Shown: positions 48,036 through 58,845, counted from the first letter of the stretch. The stretch: 64,000 nucleotides of DNA from Clostridia bacterium (GCA_022798335.1 JAAWMH010000017.1:10407-74406), one strand, 5' to 3'. Numbers and translations: made by a program. Notes: a model not told the origin generated them from the letters alone.

Positions 48036-49541
48036 TTACTTTTTTTCTAATAACATAATATTATAAATATAATCTTGATACTTTGTATCAAATCTTTGAG
48101 GTCCTTCTAAAATGTTAATTCCTTCTTTTGGAAAATCATTGTATAGCCCCATATTTTCTGAATCGACTAGCCAAATTCTTCCATGATAGTCTTTTATTGT
48201 TTCTTCTACATTATAAATAGTTTCCATTCCTGGTCCATAGGATTTATAAGCTTCTTCTATATCCCAGTGTGCTCCATTGATAAAATATTGCTTATTTTCT
48301 GGGAAGAATGCAGCTATTACTCCTCCATTTCCAATATTAGAATAAATAATAATATCATCTGGTTGTATTTTTTCTTTCATATACTCAATTTGTTTCATAT
48401 TGCTTTCATCATAATTAATAAAAACATTTGTAATATTACTCCATGTACCTAATGCTAATATAACTATACAAAGTGCTAAAGTTACCCATCTTCTTTTTTC
48501 TTTTGCCATAAAAAAGCTAAGTGCAAAAATATAAATTCCTGTCATAACAAATAAATAGCGTGAAAATAGCACTGGTTGTATAAATGATGGGAGTAAATAA
48601 ATTCCAATTACTGCAATATATACGATTATTGCTAAAATTCCTGGCCAAATACTTTCTTTTGCTTTTTTTGCTTTATAAATTTGATAACCTACATAGATAT
48701 AAACCAAAAGTGATACAACAAGTGATACTATTGTATGCCAGTTAAAAGCAAAATTTGTATCTAATTGCCTTTTAAATTGAAAACTTGGTACTTCTACTAA
48801 AGTACTAATGCCAAGTCCAATCCAAAAGCCCCCTCCTACATGTCTAATTTGTTTCCATAAGTAATATAACCATGGAACATATAAAATAACTTGAATTGCT
48901 GCTAATATTAAAAAGTTTCGTAAATCTTTTGAATTTGTTTTTCTTTTTTTTATGCAATAAATCAAAAGCATTAAATTTACTACACATGCTGTAACTAAAG
49001 CATAATAATGGGTATAACAACATAGCATACTAAAAAGTCCAAATAGACTTAAATTTTTAAGCTTATTTTCTTCTTTTTCATTTTTGATGTTCTGATAAAA
49101 ACGATAAGCATAAATTGCCATAACAAAAGTAAATAAGCATGCCCATGAGTACATTCTAATTTCTTGACTATAGGTACACATGACTGGTAAAAAATATGCT
49201 AAAAACGAAAATAATAATCCTGTTTTTTCTCCAAAATCCTTACGTACATGGGTATAACCTAATATTCCAAGAATAGCAACTGCTAATACTGAAAATAGCC
49301 TAAATATAGTTACATTATTTCCAAATATTAAAAATACCATATGAAGCATCCAATAATAGACTGGTGGGTGTACGTCGTTTCCTGTTATAGTCCATATATC
49401 TGTTATTTTATGTTTTGCTATTGCTACTGAATAGCTTTCATCAAACCAAATATCTGGATGAAAAGCAGCTATACTAATAAATATAATTCCTAAAATAATT
49501 ATTCCTATATGAAAATATTTTACTTTATTTTGTTTTTTCAT
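48036..49541 (-). CDS. family 39 (ArnT/PMT-like) membrane glycosyltransferase
   Basis: 501 aa with more than 10 TM helices. First-loop DESYSV motif, then HPPVYYW. Confidence 0.65.
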   Translation of the reverse strand: MKKQNKVKYFHIGIIILGIIFISIAAFHPDIWFDESYSVAIAKHKITDIWTITGNDVHPPVYYWMLHMVFLIFGNNVTIFRLFSVLAVAILGILGYTHVRKDFGEKTGLLFSFLAYFLPVMCTYSQEIRMYSWACLFTFVMAIYAYRFYQNIKNEKEENKLKNLSLFGLFSMLCCYTHYYALVTACVVNLMLLIYCIKKRKTNSKDLRNFLILAAIQVILYVPWLYYLWKQIRHVGGGFWIGLGISTLVEVPSFQFKRQLDTNFAFNWHTIVSLVVSLLVYIYVGYQIYKAKKAKESIWPGILAIIVYIAVIGIYLLPSFIQPVLFSRYLFVMTGIYIFALSFFMAKEKRRWVTLALCIVILALGTWSNITNVFINYDESNMKQIEYMKEKIQPDDIIIYSNIGNGGVIAAFFPENKQYFINGAHWDIEEAYKSYGPGMETIYNVEETIKDYHGRIWLVDSENMGLYNDFPKEGINILEGPQRFDTKYQDYIYNIMLLEKK

Positions 49542-49616
49542 TTTTTTCTCCTTTTTTGCTAGTTATTATATCATTATTCTATTTTGTTGTCTATTGTTTT
49601 TTCTTTTGTAAAAAAG

Positions 49617-49657
49617 TAAAAAAAACTATTATCAATTTTTTTTAGTTGATAATAGTC
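49617..49657 (-). terminator. rho-independent terminator after pilin-like gene 2
   Basis: 11-bp stem actattatcaa/ttgataatagt followed by an 8-nt T-run in the minus sense. Confidence 0.65.
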
Positions 49658-49679
49658 TTTTTACTTTCATGCAAGCTTT

Positions 49680-51456
49680 CTATTTTAATGTATATACACC
49701 ATTTTCTAATTCTGTTAACTTTAATCTTGAACCACTTAAACTTACTACTGGGCGAACTGCAAACTCCTCATTCATTGAACTAGCTAATTTTCCTTTTCCG
49801 CCATATCCCATATGCGCAATCATCTCATTAGAACCCCAAGTATTTTGCCTGTAAGGTGAAGCTATCCAGAAAGGCCTATAAGAACTTGACATACTTATCT
49901 TTCCTAAAACAGGGACTTGTTTTAAATACTCTAAATCGAATACACCATAGGGATCCATTTTATCTGTAATATCGTCAAATCCAAATCTTAATGAGCCCAC
50001 TCTCTTTTCTATTTCAGGCAAAGCAATAAGCCTTACATTTGTTGCTACTCCTGATTTTACAAATAATTTCGTAGCAGTTTGTGTTGTACTACTTCCTGTA
50101 GCACTATTATAGGTTGCTCCATTTATTATTGATTTATAATATCCTTGGTTATAATTGTTTCCTGCTGAAGAAGCATATCGAAACTTTATTGTTCCAAAAT
50201 TATAATACATTCCCGCTGATGCTTGTAAAGAATAATATCTTTCACTTCCTGTATATAGTGTATAACCACTTCCGTAAAACATTATTTTTAAAACTATTTA
50301 ATTTTGTAGTATCTGTTACATACCATTCATTATTTTCTTCATTTCTAATTGTATAATCTAGTCTTGCAGGCTTTCCTGTACTAATTAATTCTACATTTGA
50401 ATAAGTTCCATCACTATTTCTAGTATAGTTTAATAATCTCCATCCATTTTCTTTTGAAAATTCATAACCTTCATCTATATCTGTATAGCTTACATCATAT
50501 TCTATAAATATTCCCACTAAACTTTCTATAGTTACACTACAATTTGTGCTTATTCCTGTTCTTTCGTCTTTTATTTTTACAATTGCTGTATCTGTCATTC
50601 TACCATTTGCTACGCTTATTGCTGTTACTGTTCCTTCATCATTTACTGTAATTTTATTTATATCTATTGTACTATATGTTAAATTTGCTACAGCTCCTTC
50701 TGGTTCTAAAGTAACTTCTATTTTCTCATTTTCCCCCTCTTTTAATGTTATTGCTTTCGCTGTTATTTTTGTTACTTTTGGCGCTGTTTCTACAATACAA
50801 CTTGTTTTATATTCTCCATATTTTATAACTAAGGTTGTACTTCCTTCTCCTTTTCCTCCTGTTAAAGTAATTTCATTTTCGTTAATTACTATTTCTTTTA
50901 CTATTTGGGTATCATATCCTGTTTCTATCTCTATATTTTGTTCTACTACTGTTCCATCTGGCTCCTTTAGCTCTCTTTCAATAACTACACCTGTATTAGT
51001 TAATTTCATTAAATAATATTTTCCCTCTATTACTGCATAATATAAATATTTTTCTTCTGATATATCAAAGTTAACTTTAATAGTTGCTATTCCATTTTCT
51101 ATAATATTAACTTTCTGTGGATTTGCCTTTATTCCTATTACATTATTAGAGCCTATCTCTCTTGTTTCTATTTTATACTTTTGCTTATTTAGCTCACTTA
51201 CAATATCGTTCATAGATATTTTATCTATTTTTCCTTGTGCCTTTTGAATAGATAAATCAGCATAAATTATATTAGCTACATCTTCTATTTCTACTATTTG
51301 AGTTAATGTTTTAGCACTATTTGCCTGTTTTATAACTCCTCCTTGTAATACTATTTGTATGGTAATTCCTGCTAGTATTAAAAGTACTATAATGGTTACT
51401 ACTAATGCTATTAAGGTAATACCCTTTTCTTTCATTTGCTTCTTACACTTTTTCAT
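49680..51456 (-). pseudogene. pilin-like N-terminus secreted protein, paralogue 2 (Big_2-like domain plus DUF1566-like C-terminus), one frame disruption as assembled
   Basis: MKKCKKQMKEKGITLIALVVTIIVLLILAGITI.. start sits behind AAAGGAGG. Ig-like segment VTKITAKAITLKEGENEKIEVTLEPEG... Removing the C at about 50274 joins ..FKNNVL|GSGYTLYTGSERYY... It ends ..FWIASPY..AVRPVVSL.. Confidence 0.7.
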
Positions 51457-51594
51457 TTGTTCCTCCTTTGTTTTATTGCGTTTCATTAATATACGGTTGA
51501 AACGACATATTAGCATTATACCGTTTCGAACGTATAATGTCAATACGTTACATTTTTGATATTCTATATTAATAATATTAATGTGGAGATGAAC

Positions 51595-51849
51595 ATGAGT
51601 AAATTTGATAATAATAATATTGGAAATTATTTACTAAAAGTAAATGGAACTATTATTTTTCATTTACAAAATGTACTTGATAAACGCCAAATGACTAAAT
51701 ATAAACTTTCTAAAATTACAAACATTCGCTATGATACTATTTGCAATTATTGTAATGGCAACGTTACTTTAATTAATGTTGAATATTTAAAAATTTTTTG
51801 TAGTGTACTTAATTGTAAAATAGAAGATATTCTTGAATTTAGAGCATAA
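51595..51849 (+). CDS. XRE-family helix-turn-helix transcriptional regulator
   Basis: 84 aa with LDKRQMTKYKLSKITNIRYDTICNYCNG....I....L..FC..L.C...DILEF. GGAGA RBS upstream. Divergent from pilin-like gene 2. Confidence 0.7.
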   Translation: MSKFDNNNIGNYLLKVNGTIIFHLQNVLDKRQMTKYKLSKITNIRYDTICNYCNGNVTLINVEYLKIFCSVLNCKIEDILEFRA

Positions 51850-51884
51850 AAAAATCCCCACAGCTAGGGGATTTTTCTTTTTTA
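51848..51884. terminator. bidirectional terminator
   Basis: Stem aaatcccc/ggggattt with flanking A-runs and T-runs. Confidence 0.7.
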
Positions 51885-52289
51885 TCTTCTACAGCAATGA
51901 CAGCTCCAATTATTTCTTCTAGTATTTCTATCCGGTAATAAATTTGCTTCATTTGCTAAGTTAATACTCGTACATGGACTTGTATTATTGATGGTAATTG
52001 GCCTTTCTGATATTCTTGCTATTCCATTACTACTGCAATTATTGTTGCATAAAAACATGTTAATACATTTACATATTACTTGTGATAGCACTGCTGTTAC
52101 ATAGGCAAGTATAGTATATAATATGGCATATACTAAAAAGCTTGCATCAAAAGCTGCAAATGTTACAATTAAATAAATGGCAAAAAAAGTAGCTGCTACT
52201 AATAATGGACATTTTAGAATTTTTTGTAGCACTAAAGCTAATATAACAGTGGCAACAGGAAGTGCAAAAAATATTAATAAATTGTTCAT
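51882..52289 (-). CDS. hypothetical membrane protein with a Cys-rich C-terminal tail
   Basis: 135 aa with three TM segments, followed by CKCINMFLCNNNCSS...SPCTS...WSCHCCRR. Confidence 0.5.
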   Translation of the reverse strand: MNNLLIFFALPVATVILALVLQKILKCPLLVAATFFAIYLIVTFAAFDASFLVYAILYTILAYVTAVLSQVICKCINMFLCNNNCSSNGIARISERPITINNTSPCTSINLANEANLLPDRNTRRNNWSCHCCRR

Positions 52290-52425
52290 ACGTTATCTCC
52301 TTTTTAGACAGTTTTTACGAAATCTATGTAGTTTTCTTTTTACTATCTTTTTTATTTTCCTGTTATATCTTATGTTTTTTGTTTTCTATCTGTGCTATCT
52401 TCTCATTTTTTGTTTGCATTTTTTC

Positions 52426-53169
52426 TTACTTTTCTTCATAGTCTACTTGCATTAAAAATAGTCCTTGTGGCGGAAGTGTTTTTCCTGCTTGCTGCCTATC
52501 TTTTGCTTCTAAAATAGTTTTCATTTCTTCTGGCGTTTTTATTCCTAATCCAATTTCTACTAAAGTTCCTGCAATAATACGTACCATATTATATAAAAAG
52601 CCATTTCCTGTTAACTGAATAATTACTCTTTCTTGTTCTTTTAAAACTTGTGCTGCATAAATAGTTCTTACACTACTTTTGCTACTAGTTCCACTTGATT
52701 TAAAACTACTAAAGTCATGTTCTCCTATTAAATAGTTAGCTGCTTCTTGCATAGCTTTAGTATCTAGCATCTGTGATACATGATACACCAAATTACGGTA
52801 AATTGCAGTTCCTTGTTTTGAATTATCTATAATATAACCATATGTTTTTTGATGACAATGATATCTGCTATGAAAATCTTCTGATACTTCTTCTGCTTTT
52901 TTAATGCAAATACTTTTCTTTAGTTGAGAATTTAAAGCAATTGCTACTTTTTCGATTGGAAAGTCTGAATCAATTTTAAAATTTGCTACTTGTGCAAATG
53001 CATGTACTCCTGCATCTGTTCTTCCAGATCCAATTAATTCTACTTTTTTTCCTGTTACTGTTTCTATTGCTTTTTCTATTTCTCCTTGTATATTTAATTT
53101 ATTAGGTTGCTTTTGCCACCCGTTAAAACTGCTTCCATCATATTCTATTGTTAATTTAATATTTCTCAT
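52426..53169 (-). CDS. truA: tRNA pseudouridine(38-40) synthase
   Basis: IEYDGS.F.GWQ.Q and GSGRTDAGVHA motifs. Confidence 0.9.
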   Translation of the reverse strand: MRNIKLTIEYDGSSFNGWQKQPNKLNIQGEIEKAIETVTGKKVELIGSGRTDAGVHAFAQVANFKIDSDFPIEKVAIALNSQLKKSICIKKAEEVSEDFHSRYHCHQKTYGYIIDNSKQGTAIYRNLVYHVSQMLDTKAMQEAANYLIGEHDFSSFKSSGTSSKSSVRTIYAAQVLKEQERVIIQLTGNGFLYNMVRIIAGTLVEIGLGIKTPEEMKTILEAKDRQQAGKTLPPQGLFLMQVDYEEK

Positions 53170-53215
53170 TGTTTATTATGCTAGTTTTTCTAGCTTTCCT
53201 CCTTTTTCTCTTGTA

Positions 53216-54406
53216 TTATACTTTTCCTTCTAGCCAATCTAAAACATTTACCTTTTTTATACCATTAAAGTCTGCTATTGGATCTAAATCTATAGTAAGT
53301 ATCATTTTAGGATAATGATCATTTATAGATTGCAGAGCAGATAGCTCTCTGTGAAGTGTTTGTTCTTCTCTGGTAGTATAGGCCACTTGAAAATAAGTAA
53401 AACCTTCTTTGTTTTCGGCAACGAAATCTACTTCTTTTTCTCCTGCCTTTCCAACATATACTTTATACCCTCTTCTTATTAGTTCTAAATACACAATATT
53501 TTCTAATATATGTCCTGCATCTATATTTTTTCTGCCTAATAGACTATATCTCATAGTTACATCTGTAGCATAATATTTTTCTCCTGACTGTAAATATTGC
53601 TTTCCTTTTATATCAAATCTAGACACTTTATTAAATACATAACTTTCTACTAATGAATCCAAATAGCTTTCTACTGTATGAACCGATATGCTTCTTCCAT
53701 CTGAATTTAAAGTATCTGCTATTTTTTTGATAGATAGTAAATTACCTATGTTATTAAACATAAATTTTGCAATTGTTCTTAGCATTGTAGTATCTGCTAT
53801 TTTCTTTCTTAATGCTATATCTTTTACAATTATAGTGTTATATAAACTTTCTAAGTATTCGTCTATTTCTAATTCATTTTCTAATTTTAATGCATATGGA
53901 AATGAGCTTCTGTTAATATATTGTAAATACAACTTTTCATCTGCTTCTTTTTCATAATAGTTTATATATTCTTTAAATGATAATGGATACATTTTAATTT
54001 CTATATATCTTCCTGATAGCAGTGTTGCTAGTTCTCCTGATAGTAAATAGGCATTAGACCCTGTTATATATACGTCTACGTTTTTTAAAATATACAGTCC
54101 ATCTACTGCTTTTTGAAACTCGGGAACATTTTGTACTTCATCTAAAAAAACGTAATAGTTTTCTCCACCTGTTATCTTTTCTTTTACATATTGATATAAT
54201 TCTTTATAATCTTGAAAATCATATTGTGGATCTTCTAAATTAATAGATATAATATGATTTTCTTGTATTCCAATGCTTTTTAAATAGTCTATATATAGTT
54301 CAAATAGAGTAGATTTTCCGCATCTTCTTATTCCTGTTACTACTTTTATTAAGTCTTTATCTTTCCATTTTTTTAACTTTTCTAAATATTCACTTCTTTT
54401 TATCAT
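53216..54406 (-). CDS. AAA-family ATPase with DUF4143 domain
   Basis: VTGIRRCGKSTL Walker A and VFLDEVQ Walker B. About 396 aa, as in the AAA_14 plus DUF4143 architecture. Confidence 0.75.
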   Translation of the reverse strand: MIKRSEYLEKLKKWKDKDLIKVVTGIRRCGKSTLFELYIDYLKSIGIQENHIISINLEDPQYDFQDYKELYQYVKEKITGGENYYVFLDEVQNVPEFQKAVDGLYILKNVDVYITGSNAYLLSGELATLLSGRYIEIKMYPLSFKEYINYYEKEADEKLYLQYINRSSFPYALKLENELEIDEYLESLYNTIIVKDIALRKKIADTTMLRTIAKFMFNNIGNLLSIKKIADTLNSDGRSISVHTVESYLDSLVESYVFNKVSRFDIKGKQYLQSGEKYYATDVTMRYSLLGRKNIDAGHILENIVYLELIRRGYKVYVGKAGEKEVDFVAENKEGFTYFQVAYTTREEQTLHRELSALQSINDHYPKMILTIDLDPIADFNGIKKVNVLDWLEGKV

Positions 54407-54524
54407 GTTATCGCCTCCTAATATTATTATATACTATTTCAAAAAATAATGCAATTCATTGCAATATTTTTTATTTTTTCTTATAAATTTGCATTTCATT
54501 TCAAAATCGTGTATTTTATGCCAC

Positions 54525-54553
54525 TTGACATTTCCTTGTTTTTTTAGCATAAT
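54525..54553 (+). promoter_or_regulatory. sigma-A type promoter for the Cof-type phosphatase gene
   Basis: TTGACA (54525-54530), a 17-nt spacer, then CATAAT (54548-54553), 35 nt upstream of the ATG. Confidence 0.55.
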
Positions 54554-54588
54554 AGGAAAAGAAAATATTTTAAGAAAGGCATAAAGTT

Positions 54589-55512
54589 ATGGCTATTAAG
54601 TTAGTTGCTAGTGATTTAGATGGCACTTTTCTAGCTAAAGATAATTCTATTCCTGAGAGTAATTTAAAAGCAATTGAAGTACTAACGCAAAAACAAATTC
54701 CTTTTGCTATTTGTACTGGTAAAAGTTATGCTATTTCAAAAGATATATGCAATAGGTGTGATGCTCAATATGGTATTTTTGGAAATGGTACTCAAATTGT
54801 AGATTTAAAAGAACAAAAAGAAATCTTTCATCATTGTTTAACATTAGAAGAAATTACGTCTTGTTATGACATTGCTTCTAAATATAACTTACATATTCAC
54901 GCTTATGGAGATAATTTTATTATTACAGAAGAACTAAAATTCTTAGATTTGTATAACTATGCTATGTATTTTCACTCTGATAACTCTACTTTTGGAAAAT
55001 ACGATTCTGAATTTAATCTTACTTTAACTGTGCAAAATAAGAATCACCTTTCTTTTTACATTGTAAAAAATTTTTTAAAATATATAAAAGAACATCATTT
55101 ATCTATTTTTAATATTGTATTATCTAGCGAAGATTCTCTTACTTCTATTCAAAAAGAAATAGAGAATACAACTTTACTATCTATTCAGTATGTTTCTAAA
55201 AGAGGAGCGTATAAAGATATGGTGCTTCATAAAGAATATGACTATCTTTCTATTGCACCTAAGAGCATTGGAAAGGGTTATGCTCTAAATATTTTGAAGG
55301 ATTATTTAAAAGTAGAAACTCCTGATATTTTATCTATTGGAGATAATTTTAATGATATTGATTTACTTAGAAACTCTGGTGTAGGTGTTGCTATTGCTAA
55401 TGCTTATGAACCTGTAAAAAAAGTAGCTACTTATACTACTCAAAATTCTGCAAGTGATGGTGGCTTTGCCGAAGCTGTTTATCGTTATATAGACCAAAAA
55501 AAGATTTTATGA
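54589..55512 (+). CDS. Cof-type HAD-IIB family phosphatase
   Basis: N-terminal DLDGT motif, C-terminal GDNFNDIDLL, and a large cap insertion. Confidence 0.8.
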   Translation: MAIKLVASDLDGTFLAKDNSIPESNLKAIEVLTQKQIPFAICTGKSYAISKDICNRCDAQYGIFGNGTQIVDLKEQKEIFHHCLTLEEITSCYDIASKYNLHIHAYGDNFIITEELKFLDLYNYAMYFHSDNSTFGKYDSEFNLTLTVQNKNHLSFYIVKNFLKYIKEHHLSIFNIVLSSEDSLTSIQKEIENTTLLSIQYVSKRGAYKDMVLHKEYDYLSIAPKSIGKGYALNILKDYLKVETPDILSIGDNFNDIDLLRNSGVGVAIANAYEPVKKVATYTTQNSASDGGFAEAVYRYIDQKKIL

Positions 55513-55535
55513 AATGAAACATAAAATCTTTTTTA

Positions 55536-56432
55536 TTATTTATTTGCCTTTTTTTTATCTTTTATTGCTTTTATTCTGCTTTGTTTTTGACCTTCAAAGC
55601 GTTTTGTAACAACATGTTTTATTAATATATTTTTTAAAGTTTCTTCTTTTAAGTCTGCAATTAGTGTTCCATCTTTTGCTACTGATATTTTTCCTGTTTC
55701 TTCTGAAATGATAATAGCAATTGCATCTGATTCTTTAGAAACACCTATTCCTGCACGGTGCCTTGTTCCAATTTCCTTTGCAATATCTTTATCATCTGCT
55801 AATGGTAAAATACAGGCTGCTGCTGCCACTTTATTTTTAGCTATAATTACTGCTCCATCATGTAGTGGTGTATTTGGCGTGAACAAGTTTACAATTAATT
55901 GTGGTGATACTTCTGCTTCCATTTTAACACCAGTATCTATAATATCATTAATTTGAATATCTCTTTCTAATACAATTAATCCACCTGTTTTTGTTTTAGC
56001 AAGTTCTAGCGCTGCTATTACTATTTTATAAATATCTTCTTTCGTTTTTGCTTCTATATCTTTTTCTATTCCAAAATATTTTGTTAACTTACTAGTCCCT
56101 AACTGCTCTAGCATTCTTCTAAGTTCTGGCTGAAAAATTACAATTAAAGCAATTACTCCATATGGCATAAAGGATGTTAATATAAAGTTTAAAATTTTTA
56201 ATTGCAATACTTCACTAAGTGCTGTAATAATCAAAATAAACAAAATTCCTTTTAATAATTGCCATACTCTTGATTTTCTAGCATATAGTATAAATTTATA
56301 AATCATATACAATACAATTAGTATATCTAATATGAGTGTTAATAATTTAAATGGATTTTGGGTTAAATCTGTCATATAACTCATAAAGGATTGCCAAATT
56401 CCATTCATACTTAAAGTAAGATTTTCAAACAT
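55536..56432 (-). CDS. cdaA: membrane-anchored diadenylate cyclase CdaA
   Basis: Three N-terminal TM segments and a DAC domain (GGLIVLE, LHDGAVII, GTRHRAG). Confidence 0.9.
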   Translation of the reverse strand: MFENLTLSMNGIWQSFMSYMTDLTQNPFKLLTLILDILIVLYMIYKFILYARKSRVWQLLKGILFILIITALSEVLQLKILNFILTSFMPYGVIALIVIFQPELRRMLEQLGTSKLTKYFGIEKDIEAKTKEDIYKIVIAALELAKTKTGGLIVLERDIQINDIIDTGVKMEAEVSPQLIVNLFTPNTPLHDGAVIIAKNKVAAAACILPLADDKDIAKEIGTRHRAGIGVSKESDAIAIIISEETGKISVAKDGTLIADLKEETLKNILIKHVVTKRFEGQKQSRIKAIKDKKKANK

Positions 56433-56444
56433 ATTTAACCTCTT

Positions 56445-56573
56445 TTATTTTCCCATAAAAATTAAACAGTAAATTAGCGTTGCTGCAATAGATAGTACCA
56501 TCATTGCTGCTAATATAAGTGCCATGATTTTTGTTACAATTTTTCTTATATCTCTTTTATTGTTTTTTGCCAC
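56445..56573 (-). CDS. small membrane peptide (42 aa), hypothetical
   Basis: GTG start behind AGGAGGAA. Reads VAKNNKRDIRKIVTKIMALILAAMMVLSIAATLIYCLIFMGK. Ends 12 nt before the cdaA start. Not in the ORF track. Confidence 0.35.
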   Translation of the reverse strand: MAKNNKRDIRKIVTKIMALILAAMMVLSIAATLIYCLIFMGK

Positions 56574-56597
56574 TTAAGTTTTCCTCCTATTTTTTAT

Positions 56598-57536
56598 TTA
56601 TAATGAAAAGTTATAGTATTGTTGTAACCAAGCTGAATAATCAAATACATCCATTGTTTTTGGAATACCATAATCTACTCCATGGGTATCTACTGTAACT
56701 TTTTTTATTACTACATTTTTCTTAGGCTTGTCTGAGGCAATTTCTTTACCATTTTCATCTTTTGGTGCTGTTTCTCCTTCTTTTAATTCAGAACTTCTAT
56801 AATGTACTTCTACTTTTTCTATTTTTTCTACTACTTCCATACCTTCTATTACTTTTCCAAATGGCGCATATATTCCATTTAAAGAAGTAGTATCACTTGT
56901 CATAATGAAAAATTGTGAACCTGCTGAATTATAGCCGTAAGTAGTTAAACTAGAACTAGCTGAACCATAATCACTTCTAGCCATAGAAATAACTCCTTTT
57001 TCATGTTTTAAGTTATTTTCGTTATGACCATTTGCTAAAAACTCGCCTTCAATACTGTATTTTTTATTTTTGTATTTATCTGGTAAATCTTCAAACTTTG
57101 TTTCTGGAATTTTATCCTCTGATATTTTGCAGTTTTTATCTATTTGCTTTAGTTTTGCAACTTTTTCTTCTGCTGATAATTTTTTCCAATCTTCTTCTAC
57201 GATTACATCATCTTTAATATCTTTTAATTCTGGTGAACCTGTACCATCTCCGCTTTTATCTCCACCTTGTATCATAAAATCTGGAATGGTTCTATGAAAG
57301 GTAAGTCCATCATAAAAGCCACGGTTTGCTAAACGAATAAAATTTGCTACTGTATTTGGTGCTTTATCTGGATAAAGTTCTAATTTAATTGTTCCATAAT
57401 CTTCTATTTCCATAGTAACTATAGGGTTTGCTATATTGGTAGTAGCTTTTTTATAAAACCCATAACCTACAAAGCAAATTCCTGCTAGTACTAAAATAAT
57501 TCCTAAAATTAACAATATTTTTTGAAATGTTTTCAT
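56598..57536 (-). CDS. membrane-anchored cyclophilin-type peptidyl-prolyl isomerase with a large insertion
   Basis: N-terminal TM segment. [12 protein letters not shown] and SQFFI motifs are separated by a lysine/glutamate-rich insert of about 90 aa. Confidence 0.8.
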   Translation of the reverse strand: MKTFQKILLILGIILVLAGICFVGYGFYKKATTNIANPIVTMEIEDYGTIKLELYPDKAPNTVANFIRLANRGFYDGLTFHRTIPDFMIQGGDKSGDGTGSPELKDIKDDVIVEEDWKKLSAEEKVAKLKQIDKNCKISEDKIPETKFEDLPDKYKNKKYSIEGEFLANGHNENNLKHEKGVISMARSDYGSASSSLTTYGYNSAGSQFFIMTSDTTSLNGIYAPFGKVIEGMEVVEKIEKVEVHYRSSELKEGETAPKDENGKEIASDKPKKNVVIKKVTVDTHGVDYGIPKTMDVFDYSAWLQQYYNFSL

Positions 57537-57614
57537 ATTTCCTCCTCATTTTTATAAGTAATTCTTATAATTTGCTACAAAATAGTTATACTAAATTTCT
57601 GCTTTATTATATAT

Positions 57615-58694
57615 TTACAAAATAAAATTGTCAAACACAAATTGTTCTTGCATACGTTTTAATGATTGCTTAATTGTTCTTGCTCTTATTTCTCCTATAC
57701 CATCTACATCATCTAATTGCTGCATATTTGCTGCTAAAATATGTTGGAAAGATTTAAATGATTTTACTAAATTTTCTACAATGTTATTTGGCATTCTTGG
57801 TACTTTATTTAATACACGGTACCCCCTTGTATACACACCTACTTCATCGTAATTATCAAAATCCTCATAGCCTAATAATTTAGCAATTTTCTCCATAATA
57901 ATTAAATCATCATGTTCTAAGTTTTGAATTTCTACTAATATTTTCTCTGCTGCTTTTCTTTTAGTTGGTGCAATATAATCTTTAATAATTAAAAGTTCTT
58001 CTTTTTCTAAATCTCCTATTAATTCTTCTAATTGCATTTCTAGAAGCCTGCCTTCTTCTCCTAATTCAAAAATAGCTCTTTGTACCTCTTCTGCTACCTT
58101 CATTACCATTTCTGCACGTTGAATAACATGTACTACATTTTCTAATGTAACAATATCATTAAACTCATACTCATTTAATAGTGCGAGCTTATTATCAAAT
58201 ACTTTTTTATATTTTTCTACTGTTTGTAATGCTTGGTTTGCTTTTGAAATTACTTTTGCTGAATCTTCTAGTACATATCGACTATTTCCTTTAAAAACTG
58301 TAATAATACTTCTTCTTTGAGAAATACTAATAACTAATTCACCTGTTTGTCTTGCTGTACGTTCGGCTGTACGGTGCCTTGTACCTGTCTCTGTTGTAGC
58401 AATATCAGAAGATGGAATTAGCTGAGTATTAGCATAAAGTATTTTTTTTAAATCGTTGCTAAGTACAATTGCTCCATCCATTTTAGCAAGCTCATATAAT
58501 CTTGAAGAAGTATAATCTATATCTAATTTAAAGCCACCATCTACTAAGTCTAACATCTCTTTTGTATCTCCAATTACAATTAACGCACCTGTTTTTGCTT
58601 TTAAAATATTTTCTAGTCCATCACGAATTGGTGTACCTGGCGCAATTAATTTTAACACCTCTGTAATAACACTGTCTTCTTTTTTCGCTATCAT
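57615..58694 (-). CDS. disA: DNA integrity scanning protein DisA (diadenylate cyclase)
   Basis: N-terminal DAC domain (GALIVIG, MDGAIVL, GTRHRTAER) and a C-terminal HhH (DGIGE.RA..I). Confidence 0.9.
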   Translation of the reverse strand: MIAKKEDSVITEVLKLIAPGTPIRDGLENILKAKTGALIVIGDTKEMLDLVDGGFKLDIDYTSSRLYELAKMDGAIVLSNDLKKILYANTQLIPSSDIATTETGTRHRTAERTARQTGELVISISQRRSIITVFKGNSRYVLEDSAKVISKANQALQTVEKYKKVFDNKLALLNEYEFNDIVTLENVVHVIQRAEMVMKVAEEVQRAIFELGEEGRLLEMQLEELIGDLEKEELLIIKDYIAPTKRKAAEKILVEIQNLEHDDLIIMEKIAKLLGYEDFDNYDEVGVYTRGYRVLNKVPRMPNNIVENLVKSFKSFQHILAANMQQLDDVDGIGEIRARTIKQSLKRMQEQFVFDNFIL

Positions 58695-58708
58695 TTACTG
58701 CCTCCTTT

Positions 58709-58765
58709 TTGTCAGTTTAGGGACGTTCCTATTTTTGCCAAAAATGTCAGTTTGGGGACACTCTT
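58709..58765 (+). repeat. 57-nt repeat unit, copy A (two direct tgtcagttt[a/g]gggac half-sites around a palindromic spacer)
   Basis: Identical to copy B at 56 of 57 positions. Lies between the radA stop and the disA SD, 2 nt from the SD complement cctcc. Confidence 0.85.
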
Positions 58766-58845
58766 AATTTTATAAAAAAATGTATGCAACAAAGTTGCAT
58801 ATAATGGTTTATAAGTACTCAGTCGCACTTGCATAAACCATTTAC

